Below, one piece after another: positions 49,751 to 63,442 of a DNA stretch of 64,000 nt. Below the pieces are notes generated by a model. That model ran no database searches and had not been told where the DNA came from. It saw nothing but the letters and a program-made list of their open reading frames with translations. This DNA comes from Lytechinus pictus (taxonomy: Eukaryota), in NCBI RefSeq assembly GCF_037042905.1, contig NC_087263.1, positions 14,818,001-14,882,000 of the forward strand, in the 5' to 3' direction. Position 1 is the first letter of the stretch. Every line of letters begins with the position of its first letter. Both the position numbers and the translations under genes were made by a program.

Positions 49751-52508
49751 TTACCGTGCTAACGCTGATGACAATCGATATTTACGGGACAATTCATTTC
49801 AAGCAATCAAGTTGGGGGTTAAAACAATGGGAAATGCCGAACGCCGTAAGATTTTTGCAGATAAGTAGGCCTACATGCTAGCAGCTAAAACAAAGTTTAG
49901 CCAATTTGCAATAGAGAAAATACATAGTAGCTGTGCAGCTTGTTGTGATGCTTTTATCTATGAACGTGTTTTCACTCATGCAATCCCTATAGACTTAGGT
50001 TTGTTTATGCCCAAGCCCACCCCCAACAAAGATAAATTAATTTTTTTTAAATGAAGAGACCAGTTCGTTTTACTTTATGGACAATTTTGGTCTAATGAGC
50101 TTTCATTTCTTTCATTGTGATAGGCAGATTTCAAAGCATGCCTTACATAGCAGGATGCAGAAATTGAATAGATCAGGTGATTAGAATAGCACATCAATGA
50201 ACACTCTATGAAGGTATTTGTTGCATTTCTACTTTGAATGCATATTATAGCATGTTGTACAATGTACTGGCAAACTGTAAAAAAAAAACGTACTAAATAC
50301 GGCTTAAACGTACTGGTTGGCAGGTCTGTAAATATAGTCAGCGTGGTATTTTGATAGGGTGCCAAGCATGACAGAAAAAAGAAGAAATAAGGATCCTTAA
50401 CCTATTTCGGTTGATTTGGACAATCAATCAAAAGACAGTAGCCAAAGTGAGTTTCCGCTTCCAAGAAGCACAAGGTATATTCACAATCACAGTAAATGTA
50501 CTGAAAATGCCCGCCAAATGACAATGAACAGCTGGGAGGGGTTTCCGCACCGCGGCTCAGAATGGATACAGGAACATGGTAAATGCATAGCCAAGCGTTC
50601 TTCATGGCAAAGAGCAACCATGAAGTCTTTGTCTAAAATTGGCGAATAAAAAAAAACCGTTTCGTCCTGGTCTCTGGACAAACAACATCTTTGTAATTTT
50701 TCGTCAGCACCGGAACTAAGGACGAAACAGCTATTCTATTCCGTTTCACCAATTTTCGACAAAGACCTCCCAGCTGTTCATTGTCATTTGATGGGTATTT
50801 TCAATACATTTACTGTGTTCTTGAATCCGTTCTGCGTCGCCGCGCAAAAACATTACATCAACTACATGTACGCCCTCTACGACGATGGTTGTAGTAGGTG
50901 AAAGCGACCCAGCGCTTTCATGTGGCGCTTCCACTAAACCTCATTTCCTTGAGTCTTTTTAGGTACTTTTCAAGGACAACTCCTTTGTCCAAACTTAAAC
51001 AAAAATAATAAACAAAACTTTATAGAACATCTAGTCGCTATGATTGTAATTGTTTTGCTCGCTCGCTCGCACATTTGCAGAAAGAAATGGTTACACTTGT
51101 GATGCACCAAATGAAGGATTAATTTGTCTCTCAAGGAAATATAAACGACCCCCAACTTATTATACCTGCAATATCTTAATATCTTTATATGCTAGATTGT
51201 ATTGCATATCATGTTTCTTTTTAATGATTCAATAAACAGTGATGGTGTAAATAAGAAAAAAAGTCTTTTGAATGTGTTAATTAGTGCTCATCCGAATGAA
51301 AAAATGGGAATAGTCATCTTGTCATTCGAGTAAAGATGATCATGATCAAGCACTCGTGCAAACTTGCAAACTGGATTATTAGACAAGCGGATTCGATTCG
51401 ATGCATTTTAAAGACAATTTTGATACCTTCATTTTGAAACTGACTTTGTCAACACATCTGCGAAGAAAAACATATTCGTCCCACTACTTAATATACATGT
51501 ACACCGTTGCCCGACATAGCTGTACACAAGGCCTTGAATACGTCTCTAAGTTCGAGGAGCCCCGCCCGTTCAATATTTCATAAATTGATTAAGCCAATAC
51601 ATTTTTTAATTTCACTAAATACAAAACAACACAATGAAATGTTGCAGGTGAGACACAATAAAAGCATATTGCTTGCAAATGTGCTTCTCTCAGTTGCAAG
51701 AAGGTATGCAGACAAGGCCTATATATTGAGAAATTAAGACAGCAATCAAATCTACAATAAGCCAATGACAAACAAACTAGCAACATCATATGCAAAAAAA
51801 TAAAAGCTTTAAAATCATAAGGCAAGTAAAAGAGAGTTATTTTGATATTTACATTAAAGGGCATATTTTGAATGGATGCTTTTTTCACAATATGTAAGAG
51901 AACTCAGTGGAATTAAATTGTGTTAAACGACAGTATGTCAAAATAGTGTAGTACGGGGTTCTGATAATTATACATTCCTAGTACTCTTAACACAGAGGCA
52001 CTCATTCAATGAACAATGTTATGATACAACACAGAGGCAGCCCAGCAGACATGTTATCAGGTTGAGAACTTACTGGCCAACTCCCAGTTCTTAATTACTC
52101 ATATCCTTGTTGCATTCTTGGTAACATTCCATGCAAATTAGTTAAGGCACATCAATATTCATACAAATGCAAATTAATATCTAAGCTTACCAATCAGAAG
52201 GAGAGACGTGGAAGGAGATGGATAGAAGAGTGATCAAAGCTGTATGAAGAATGGTGGAGTGATTTAATACAAAAGAACCTTGTGTGAGGAGTGTACAGCA
52301 GTTAATGTATAAGAGAGAGCTGTACATGAAGAATAGGAAGTTAGGATGAAAAGGGTGAATATAAATGAGGGATGTTCTATTAGAAAAGGGGGATGATTCC
52401 TGAATAAGAGTGGAAAGAAATAAAAGTACAAAATCAATCCCTACAATAGCGTTATTCAATATTCATACGTGCCAACACTTTCTATTACAAAATAACCTAT
52501 AACAGGAC

Positions 52509-52511
<3 letters not shown>

Positions 52512-52586
<75 letters not shown>
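52512..52586. repeat. (TA)n microsatellite
   Basis: directly visible. Confidence 0.98.
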
Positions 52587-52590
<4 letters not shown>

Positions 52591-54989
52591 CTGAACAAGG
52601 ACATATAAATAATTATATGCACCTGCATAATAATAGTACGTGAAAAGTTCCAAACATACACACACACACAACTAGTAGTACGTGTATCTTCATCATCTTT
52701 AAGCAGCATTTACTCTGGAAGAAGAGGAGGAAGAAGAAAAAGAAAAGATGAAGAAGGAGAAGAGGAAGAAGAAAAAGAGGAAGAACTTCAAGAAGAAGAA
52801 GGTATTGATGACTCAAATGTGAGAAAACATTAAAATACACATCTTAGGTTAGTTATATCAGGAAGTTTTAATGATTTTTTTTTTGTGGAAAGAGAAGGAG
52901 TGTGTGCAAAGTTGTAAGAAATATCATCATGAACAAGGACCTACCTCCATTGGTGTCGTGCACTGATCTGCGCACTGTCGTGTGGCGCCACGGCTCTGGC
53001 GAAATGACCATCATGCTTTCCGTAATCCATTTTGCTCACTTTGACAGGTTGATAAAACGATTTGAAGTCCCCCTTTTCAATGAATTCATCTTCACTTACT
53101 AAATGATGGTGTCTACGTCACCGACAATCTTGATGATGATGATTATAATGATGATGAACATTTTTATGGCACAATATTTATCCGTGAAAAATATTCAAAG
53201 GCGCCAGCTCCCCAATGTCTCACACATTATTCACACAGTACAGTTGCTGGAAAAGATGGGACTCTCGTTCAGATGAAGGTCTCTGTGTTATTACAATTTA
53301 TTGATAGAAAATTCCAAAACGAGAAGCAACTGATGAAAAAGCTCTTCAAATAATCTATCCGATGTAGAGTTATTGATGTGATTCCAATATACAGAAATTC
53401 CATCTATTTTCCGACAGCTACTTAAAAGCAGCGAGTCGGAAGGAGCTGTAACTCTTGTAATTTTTGCAAAACGCATCAATGGGTTTCTACAGCGTAACAA
53501 TGGGATTTTTAGCATTCCAGTTGGCACTGAACTTCCAGGCGCGCATGCAGCGTGCCATTCTTTTGCTCCAATGATTTTCCAAAGCCCAGGACATGTTTCA
53601 AATTTGTAAAAAGACTGGTTAAAGAGCGCTCTTGAATGTTTTTGTTCGAAATAGGACACCGACAAGTGTCTCGATTTGATCACTATGCCCATCTTATAAT
53701 TTGTGGACGAGAGTTGATCAAAGAAAAATTAGATTCTTACAAAAATTATTATGAGTATGCTTCATTGATTTCGAAGTCCTGCCATTTGGGATCAACTTGC
53801 AAACTGATATTGAAAATAACCAGTGGTAAAATGCCAATCTTATTTTAATTAATTTTCAGTAGATAACGACAATCCATTTTAATTTTCTTTGCTTCTAAGC
53901 ATTCATTCTTTCACCCGCTCTGAGTAAAATTTGTTGCCCCGTTATTTTCATAATGATAGATAAGAAATCTTGAAGGCGCCGTTGACTTGAAGAGATGACT
54001 AGATTATGATATTTGATCTTGCCAAGTCGACTATCATGATCCTGGGTGTCGATTTGAGTTCCTGCATGGTTGGGGGGATGACTGACAGAAATATTGTTCT
54101 CTATGGGGGATTTTTTTTTCATTTAGTTTGAAGGGGGGGGGGGGGGGTGTCAGTGGCATTACGGGTCTAACCTGTTTAGGGGGCCAGACATGGCATTAAA
54201 AGCAAAATGTATAATTTTGAAAAAGCTGCGACGGAGCGAGCAAAAAAGTTGACCATTTTAATACAAAATCTAATTTTGTGATAGATTTTGACATGATATT
54301 TAAAAATATATATCTTATTTCACCCTTTTCCCTTTCATTTCATTATTTTCTCCTTTCTTGGTCGTGAAAAATTATTGGGGGTCCATGGCCTCTGAACCCC
54401 ACGTCTTTATGCCAGTGGGGGAGGGGCAGTTCTTATAAGACTGAAGTTTTAAGTATAATGTATAATGTTATTTCAACGAGACTAAAAACTTACAAGTACT
54501 GTATCAATAATGCGAGCGCGAAGCGCGAGCTCAAATTTAAATAAAATGACATGAAAATTAGTCATTGTTGGGACTCTTATCGGTTTTCATTGTTATATCC
54601 CTTTTATACACTCTTTAACATTTCAATTCTCGTTTCTTTTGTATTTTCTCCACTTATTTACAATAGCCGTTAGCTTTACATGTTTAGCTTTCTACAAGAC
54701 TATACTTATAAGGACTATATCAATAATGCGAGCGCGATGCGCGAGCTCAAATTTTTCGAAAAATTGACCTGAAAATGGGCAATTTTGAGGACTCTTATCG
54801 GTTTTCATGATTATATATCTCTTTTATACACTCTTTTAGATTTCATTTGTATTTTCTTCTCTTATTTAAATCGAATAAACAAAAATGAAGTGATATTTCA
54901 AATGATGGTAAAATAAAGGAGGCACACCACATGCGATTAGTTGCGGGAAGGCCGACTCCTTTCTCATAGTTTGCCACTCTTTTACTTTC

Positions 54990-55530
54990 AGTTTTATTCT
55001 CTTTTCTCCCCCTTTTTATCGCTTTCTCACCCCTCTTTTCTCTCTCACTTTCTTCTTCACTCCTACATCTACTTGCTTTTCGTCTTTCCCTTTTCTCCTT
55101 TCCGTTTCCTTCTCTTTCCGTGTACCAGGGGTACTTTTTTAAATTCATTCCCCTATACTTCCCTTCTGTCTCTTGCGCCTTTTCTTTCTTTCTCTCTCTC
55201 TGTTCTTTCTTTCTTTCTCTCTCTTCTTTCTTCCCTCTCTCTCTTCCTTATCCTTCTTGTCTCACTTCTCTTTCATTTGTTTACCCCTTTCTATCTTCTT
55301 GCTTTCCCTCTGTCTCCTGCGCCTTTTTCTTCTTCTATTCTCCCGTTTCTCTCTCTTCTTCCTTTTTTCTCATTTCCCTTTTTTTCTCTTCCCCTCTATT
55401 CTTTGTTCTCTCTGTTCCCCTTGTGCTCTTAATTTCCTTCCCTCTCCCGCGCTTTTTTGTTCCTTTCGTTCGTCTCTCTTCTCCTTCCTGTTTTCATTTC
55501 TTTACTTCCTCTCTCTATCATTTTACTTTT
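54990..55530. repeat. pyrimidine-rich low-complexity tract
   Basis: CT-rich; explains the F/L/S-rich ORFs. Confidence 0.9.
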
Positions 55531-55714
55531 CATTTTGGATGTGGGGAGGGGTCAAAGAGAGAAGTATTATTAGGAAAAGTAAACTAGATGAAGATGAATA
55601 GAAAGATTAAATACCTACACAGTCATATACTTAAGAAAAATGTATAACTTACACGGATATAGATAATTTTCTTTTGTAACCCCCCATGATATCAACGATC
55701 CATCCTTGACCACA

Positions 55715-56124
55715 ATCACCATCATGAACATCATCACATTATCGTCATCATCACCATCATCACGAACATCATCATCATCACAAACATCAGCGTCATTATG
55801 AACATCATCATCACAAACAGCGTCATTACGAACATATTCACGAACATCGTCATCATCATGAGCATCACCCGTCATCATGAACATCATAATACTCACGAAC
55901 ATCATCACCATAATCATCATCAGCANNNNNNNNNNNNNNNNNNNNNNNNNNNNNNNNNNNNNNNNNNNNNNNNNNNNNNNNNNNNNNNNNNNNNNNNNNN
56001 NNNNNNNNNNNNNNNNNNNNNNNNNNNNNNNNNNNNNNNNNNNNNNNNNNNNNNNNNNNNNNNNNNNNNNNNNNNNNNNNNNNNNNNNNNNNNNNNNNNN
56101 NNNNNNNNNNNNNNNNNNNNNNNN
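55715..56124. repeat. (CAT)n degenerate microsatellite running into an assembly gap (N 55926-56124)
   Basis: directly visible. Confidence 0.95.
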
Positions 56125-56211
56125 AAATATCATTGGATTTTCATCCATTATGTAACTGCAATTAAAATAAGTATTACAAAATACACGCATACTGCTTTGA
56201 AATAGTTTGTT

Positions 56212-56217
56212 TTTATT
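56212..56217 (-). terminator. candidate polyadenylation signal for the NAV gene (~4 kb 3'UTR)
   Basis: AATAAA on the minus strand at the end of a long AT-rich, repeat-poor stretch downstream of the NAV stop. Confidence 0.4.
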
Positions 56218-58151
56218 GTGATTTGGGAGGAAATATTTACTTTTCAGCAAAAAAGTGAGAAGTACTAGATTTTACACAAAACAAAGAATCATCTTTAGAA
56301 AAATCACAATGATATAAACCACATCATAAATCTTGGAAACTCTCTTCCTTTTATAATATCTTTCTCTTTTATACAAAATTACTATATAGTAGTTGTCAAA
56401 TTTTGCACTAGTTTTATACAAAGAAGAAAAGGGAAAAAATCACCCTTTCATTTACTCATGCATATAACGTCTTCATGAAAATCCGCAGTCCTACATTTCA
56501 TTTAATGTATGTTTGTCACAAATCACTGAACATTAATTTAAAATCAAAATTAAAATTAAAATAAAAAAGTGAAATAAAAGTTGTTTAAAATTTATAAAAA
56601 GGCAGAATGCAAGAGAAAACATGTAAGCACAATTTCCTTGATCAAGCTAAGTGCGTAGACATATTTTGTACACATGTACACAAATCCATGTGCAGAGGAT
56701 ATAGACTTAAAAAGGATAAGTGCGCAAACAACTTTATTCATGAGATAACTAAAACATTCATCTCAAGTCGACCAGAACAGGAAACTCCTTGCTATAATAA
56801 AATGCTTTGCTTGTCAATTGTGTAGCCAGCTTTCAAGCAATCGTTCACTTATACATGTAATTTGTGTAACTACAGTGCATGTAAAAACTAAACAGACTTA
56901 CAGTGTAACTTAGTATACATTGATGATCAATTCTTAAAAAGAATTAAGCCATAGATTGTAAAACAAATGAAGCAACTACAGACTAAATTTTAAAGAATTT
57001 GCCTGAAGGTTGGTCGGTCATTTTGACAACAATGAACTGGGAAAAAGCACTGCAGCATCATACATGTACATGTAGCATGGCAAATAGTTCTTTCGTTTTG
57101 CAACATATATGAATCACTTTCACATATTTCACCTATCCATTAGTTCAATTATTGTCTAACAGTAACAAAATACCACAAGATTTATATGGTATCATGCGTC
57201 TCTAGGAACTGATCATACCTACTAATAGACCTGACTGTCTGTGTAAAACTTTGTTTTATATCGAATAAAAATTGTTTATAATATAAAATTCTCAAAATTT
57301 CATAATGAAAGATTCATTAAAAAAAAAATTGCTTTGGCACAAAATGAACAAATACAGCTTCTCTTCACAAACATCTGTAAGTACTTTGAGGAATTATTTG
57401 TAATGCCATTCTTTTATTAATTTCCAGAACAAAAGATTTCCCTTCCAAAGAAATCAGGATATTTTGCATTTGAATTTTACTTTGAAATCGTAGAACTTAA
57501 AAAGAAAAGTAAATTAATATTAATGAAAATCTGACAATTATTTGGAACTTTTCTCAGAAACAACTGTCTGATAAAAATTCAATTCAAATCAATTTCAATT
57601 CACTTCCAATGACACGCAATTATAAAATATTAGGCAGGATTAAACAAAAAAAATACATAAATTCAGACATACATTTTTAATGAAAAATTTTAGATGAAAA
57701 ATTAGAACATTTTGTTCAAAACCTTCAAAAAAATGAAGAAAATCAAGGATTCCAAGCAAAAAGCACCTTAATTATTCCTCATTAAAAAAAAATGAAATAG
57801 AAAAAAATAGTATTAAAAATCAACTTCGACGACAAATTGCACTGAATTGGTTCTATACACAAATACTGCAAAAACACATCAATAGAAATGATCAATGGCA
57901 TTGGGGCCAATGGTGAAATGCTATTTTCACTTTACTGCCAAAAGGTGGTATGTCCATTTTGGAAATTACAGACCGTTTTACACCTGCTTTGCCGTCTTTC
58001 CGTTTCATCCTTATCCCACTTGGTCTAATCGTAGTTAATCTGCAACCAGTTCGTCTACTCGGCATTTTAGTGTAATTTCCATTTACTAATTATCACAGGC
58101 TATACCTATTTTTTGTATAGTATTCAGTTGTTAGACAATATTAAACCAAAT

Positions 58152-58457
58152 GGGTGATATTCTAATTAAACCCAGGTTTAGCCCTAGTTTAACCTAGAAT
58201 TCTAAACCACACTTCTATGGAGTGCCGGGCTTCATAATACTTCTTCCTTATTCATGGTAGTTATAATGTACCAACTAAATTAATAAAAATTCATAATTGT
58301 TCTTCCCATCTCACAATTCAACTAATCTATTGACAACTTTTTGCAGCAGTATATGAATAATTCTTGATTGGTGAATGAGTTGACAACTGGCACTCCATAG
58401 AAGTGTGGTCTAAAATAACCCCAGATTTAACTAAACCATGCTATCAGAACACCACCC
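58152..58457. mobile_element. MITE in the putative NAV 3'UTR, AAT duplication
   Basis: inverted accacacttctatggagtgcc / ggcactccatagaagtgtggt; gggtg..caccc termini. Confidence 0.75.
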
Positions 58458-60220
58458 AATTGGTTTGTGAAAAGTAGACCAAGTGAGCCATTGTTTCAAC
58501 CTTCTTGCTCCAACAAGACAATTTAATTTCAATCGAATCATTTCAGCCAAAGAAAAATTTGTGGATAAAAGAAATGACATATAAGAAAATGCATCACATA
58601 GCGCTGGATTATGTAGTGGAAACTAACATTAAAGAGATGAACAATAAGCTTTAGGAGACACTATCCAGCGTAGTACAAACGTAGTACTTATAGCCAGTAC
58701 TTACATGTAAGTAGAACTGAAACATTTAATAAGTAGAACATAGTACTTGGATCATAACATCAATAGTGACACCCTAAAATGTGTCTTTCCATTACAAGAC
58801 AGACTAAGAATGCTGTATAAAAGATGTTTTAAGGACAAAATATTTACCCTTTTTCAGCTTAAATTAATCTCAAAGACAAAGCAAGCTCATGCTCGATCAC
58901 AAATGAAATATATTTGCACATAATAGAGTTTGTAAGAAGCGTAGCATCTCACCATATCTCATCTAAAATAAATTAATATTTTAAAGTGCGTTGCAAAACA
59001 TTATATACAATTACAAGCATGCATATAAATAGGTAGTACATTTCAGACCCATACGTACAAGTGAACGATAAAATATCTATACAAGAATTTAAATGGCATC
59101 AACTTTAGCTTTGCTACATTTTGCACAAATTTGAAATCATATAATACAAAATTATAGACATATATATTTTTTTTGTACACCATCAATGTGTGGTAAGCAT
59201 GTACATATTACATGTATACTACATGACAAATTTGTCATAATGCACTTTTGTAAAACTAAATTTCATTAACATCGTCTATGTTTTGCAGAATAGCCTGCCA
59301 TCACGTCTATCGATAAACGGTGCCATTCTGTCGTGTAATACTCTATAAACAATTCCTCGTCACATAATGCATATTTTTTTTTGCTGCACAATTTAATGAT
59401 GATCTTGCACTTGCTTTTCTTGTCCGCATCACGCACAAACAATGGAGCAATATCTCTATGAAGCACTGAAAATTGCAAGCAATCTGATTGGTCTTCAGAT
59501 CTATCCGGCAGACCTGATTGGTCCATTTAAAAATCACCTCCTACAATCAGTCGGTCCGTGGGCGGAGTCCCTGCTCCGTAAAGTATTGCTGAATTCGGTA
59601 GTAAAGCACTTCATCGAAAACGACACGAACAAACACACTCCACATCGAAATGAAAGAATGATATAAAATTCATAACATCACCACAATCATCACTCAATAT
59701 CTCAGTATTCCTTGTTGCTGGAAGTAATATGTCATCAGTAACCTTAGTCTATCAGTCTGGCTTTCCATCTCTGCATAATACACACAAAATGAATGGATAC
59801 TAGGCATCGCGTTGTACATTGTCCTAAGGCAAGGTCATTCAGGTCCATATATGCCTCACTACTACAGATGCATCCAACATTCTCTATACAGCTATGAAGT
59901 GACTGAATCTGATTTCTTGAAAAATATTTCGGAAGCCAAGTCACCATACCTCCTCAAGCTCAACGTCCCGCCGACTACGCCGCAAAACACGAATTATTTA
60001 TTCCCCAAATTGCCAAGTCCAAATGAAGGCATTAGCTTCAGTTTGAAAAGTTCTAAACACAAATCATTCCCTTTTGCGTGGACGCTGAAGGCGTTTGTTG
60101 ACAACACTCTCTTTCCAAGTCCATTGTTACTGGAAATCCAAGAGTACACTCATGTAGACCTAGGGCTTTACATCCTATCCACAGGGTGGGTCAAGATTGT
60201 GTGGGGCTGTGCAAGCTTCC

Positions 60221-60343
60221 TCAGACAGTGATTTCCACGGAGATGTCCTCGCTGCTCATTCCCATCGAGTCCACGCTGTCGCTGTCGCAAGAATGCGAGT
60301 TGGGACAGTTGGCCGCTTCTTGGAGTCTCATTAGCATGTTGAA
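60221..60343 (-). CDS. NAV2: neuron navigator (NAV2/NAV3, unc-53 family) final coding exon FNMLMRLQEAANCPNSHSCDSDSVDSMGMSSEDISVEITV*
   Basis: ttttgttgcag acceptor, phase 0; matches the recalled vertebrate NAV2/3 C-terminus NMLM(R/K)LQEAAN..S.DS...ESTL. Vertebrate paralog assignment is nominal. Confidence 0.85.
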   Translation of the reverse strand, partial: FNMLMRLQEAANCPNSHSCDSDSVDSMGMSSEDISVEITV

Positions 60344-62359
60344 CTGCAACAAAAAAACAAATTATTAAAAGCAATGTCAATAGACTGCTGTCAGGGGTGG
60401 AGTCCAGGCTGGTCTAGGGGTGGGTGGCATTTTCCAGCCTTACCCTTAGCCCGGGTAAGGTTTATAAAGTCTACGGGAGAAAGTTTAACCCTGATGTCTC
60501 GTGCCTCGAAGCTCCGGACTGACTCTATGGATTAATCATGCCAAAGCCTCTGGAGTATGAGAACTCAATCTAGACATAAATTTACCAAGTTCAGCTCTCA
60601 AGATAAATCTGTACTGTAAACGCACAAAAACGAAAATTTAATCTCACTTTAATAACATTCGCCCCTATTAGCCCTAAATGTTCATACTGATATCTATAAA
60701 TATATATAATCAATTATTTCCTTAATGAAAATAGATTAACTAATTTTTCATTCTTCTATTGTTATTTGTTTACTTATCTATCATTTACTAATTTATTGAT
60801 TCACAGATTCAATATCTATATTCACAAATGTAAAACAACTACATAGGATCAGTAAATTGCACAAAATATAAAAAAAATCACTGACAAAAGTTTGACAATT
60901 AGCCACCAAAAATAAGTAAACAATCATAAACACACTGCGACAAAAAGTTGATACAGAATCCATCAAAGTTTACACCAAAGAGTTGACCAAGATGATATAA
61001 AATACAACAAAGAACATTGAAACAAAGAGCTGTACACTATCCAGCAATATCATACTGAAACAAAATCAAATCAAAAGATGAAATTGAATACACAAAAGTG
61101 CTTTGATAGTCTATGAAAAATTTGTGACGCTGATTGAAAATTGTTCCAAATTAAATATAGCACAGTAGTTTGTGGGTGCGTTGTAGGTGGGGGGGGGGGG
61201 GACAAAAAAAATGCAATTTGCTTGCGTTTTTCTGAAAAATGCCTCCCCCTTTTGAAGTGATTTTAAAACTTTTATAATCTTTCTTTTAAATCACATCATT
61301 TTCATTACTTAAAAAAAAAAAAACCCTGAAGAAATCAAATCAATACATTCTCTATACCCCTCCTCTGTGAGGTAATTGCATTTCACATACAAAGTAAGTG
61401 CTAGATACTGTACAAATCCATAGGAAGAAAATAAATATATCTACAGAAAATCATTTTTCTCGAGAAATAAATAAATCAGACTTTATAACGAAAGGAAAAT
61501 AGCAGTCATAACACTAAAAACATCAAAACCAAATAAAATATCACTCTGAAAGATAAATTGTAAGTACAATGAAAGTTCTCAGGTATATACATAAGCGGTT
61601 GAAGCCAAAAATTGAGCACAACTTGAGGAAAGGGGCGTTGGATAGAAAAAGGGGTGCAAACATCTGCTTAAAATACAAGACAAAAAAATCTTAGGAACAT
61701 TGACAATTGACTTGCATATAGAACATGCTTAATAATGAAAATAATGCACACAGTGTATTCACAAATCAGCAAATTATTCTTTTCTTTTTTTGAAAGGAGT
61801 TGAATTGAGTCTAAATATATTTCTTAAATATCAAGTCAAAGAAATCTTCAGTTGTGTCTGATCCTGGGAAAATATCAATCATTTAGACTATTCTTATTTT
61901 TGAAAGAACAATCACAAAAGTAATATTGAACTTTCTGACTTATATTGTCATTTTCTATTGTCCAAAACATTGGGCATGGCAAATAAAAGAAATAACATTT
62001 GATTTTGATCTGATTTACAGGAACATTTTCAGCACCTATTGGAATACAAATCTTGAATATACATGTACAGCTACAGAGTTTAAGAAACTAATTCATTTTT
62101 TTCAAGAAAACACATTTTGAACATCTATCGCACACAAATCGACAACATGCATAGTAAAGGATCCACCATAATACAAACAGCCACTAGAGAGTGCATACAA
62201 ACTTTGATCCTAATTCCTAACTAAGGCCAAAGTCTAGCTACCGATTTCATAAAGACCTTAGTCATGATAACTTTGCCATAATGGTGTAATTACAATGGTA
62301 AAAGGGCTCAAAAGCCAATCAAAATAAAATTTTCCTTGGTAGTTACCATTATGGAAATC

Positions 62360-62578
62360 ACTGGCGGGTCCAGGGGGGGGGGGGGGTTGGTGGCACAGCC
62401 AGCCCGTGCCTCTCCCCCTTTTGAGAAGCAAAATGTAATTTGTAATGTAAAAATTGCATTAAAACAAAAGTGTGTCCCCCTCAAAATATTAATTTTTGGT
62501 TAAAAACATTTATTTTCTTGTCAAATTTTTCCTTGGAAAAATGTGGCCCCCCTTTTGGAAAATCCTTGATAAGCCCCT
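62360..62578. mobile_element. hAT-like MITE (family also at ~35112-35324)
   Basis: cactggcgggtccagggg ... gcccctg, TSD atggaaat/ttggaaat. Confidence 0.7.
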
Positions 62579-62761
62579 GTTGGAAATATTATCGAACATG
62601 TAACTGGATGTCTTTATGAAATCGGCCCAGAACTGGAAATCTCTGAGACCCAGACTGGATCATTTTCAAGCACTATATGAATACACAAAACTGCTAAGTG
62701 TTTAACTATGTTTTTTAAACATTCAACCAGTCCCTCCATACATAGGGACCTACCCTGTGCG

Positions 62762-62836
62762 CTAAATGGTAGGGCTCTCACAACTACGTGGGCTCGAATA
62801 GCCCGATGCCTCCTGCAGATGCATGAGCATGCTTAA
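62762..62836 (-). CDS. NAV2: neuron navigator alternative C-terminal exon LSMLMHLQEASGYSSPRSCESPTI*
   Basis: strong pyrimidine tract plus aaacag, same phase as and homologous to 60221-60343; GG|gtaggt donor 8 nt after the stop (exon 62754-62836). Confidence 0.75.
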   Translation of the reverse strand, partial: LSMLMHLQEASGYSSPRSCESPTI

Positions 62837-62984
62837 CTGTTTGGAGAATAGGGGTGGGCAGGGTGAAGAAAGGTGGAGGGATTCAGATGGAAGTAAAAAA
62901 AAAAATAGTATGTGAACTTCATTTCCCATTCAATGCACATGATGTAAAAAATTTGGGGGTGTTTCACGATCTTGAATTAAATTA

Positions 62985-63442
62985 TAAATATAATAATAAT
63001 AATAATAGTACAGTTCTTAAATACGCATAACACCTACAGGTCTCTATGCGCGAGGAAAGCAAGAAATATGGTGAGAATTGTTAAATTTAAAAATTAGACA
63101 TCAAATAATTATACATACATGTAAGATCAAAGAATATTAAACATGGATTGGACCTACATGTGACTAAGTTAAACATTCTGAAAGAGGTAGGTTTTTAAAT
63201 ATACTTTGAATTTCTCAAGCTGGGTAATATTTCTTAATGTCGGTGGTAGAGAATTCCATTGTGCTGGTGCAGCTTTTTGGAAAGCCCGATCCCCATATGA
63301 TTTGGTCTTGACAGTAATTTCAGAGAGAAGATTTTGTGAGCCAGAACGGAGATTACACTTGGGTTTATGAATTTGGACAAGTTCTTGAAGATAAGCAGGG
63401 GCAATACCATGAATACATTTGAATGTTAATATGAGAAGTTTA
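62985..63442 (-). mobile_element. 3' fragment of an L2-like LINE
   Basis: minus-strand TFKCIHGIAPAYLQEL...YGDRAFQKAAPAQWNSLPPTLR...FKVYLKTYLF, then a (tat)n tail. Confidence 0.8.

Noticed and set aside
53291-53692. 133-aa minus-strand ORF
   Set aside because: No recognisable domain; may be a decayed retroelement 3' fragment, but this cannot be supported from the sequence alone.
54843-55601. Long Phe/Leu/Ser-rich ORFs resembling membrane proteins
   Set aside because: CT-rich low-complexity DNA.
59812-60380. ORF-track ORFs overlapping the NAV last exon (139 aa +, 70 aa -, 60 aa +)
   Set aside because: Wrong strand or frame; the conserved NAV peptide is in a different minus-strand frame starting at the splice acceptor.
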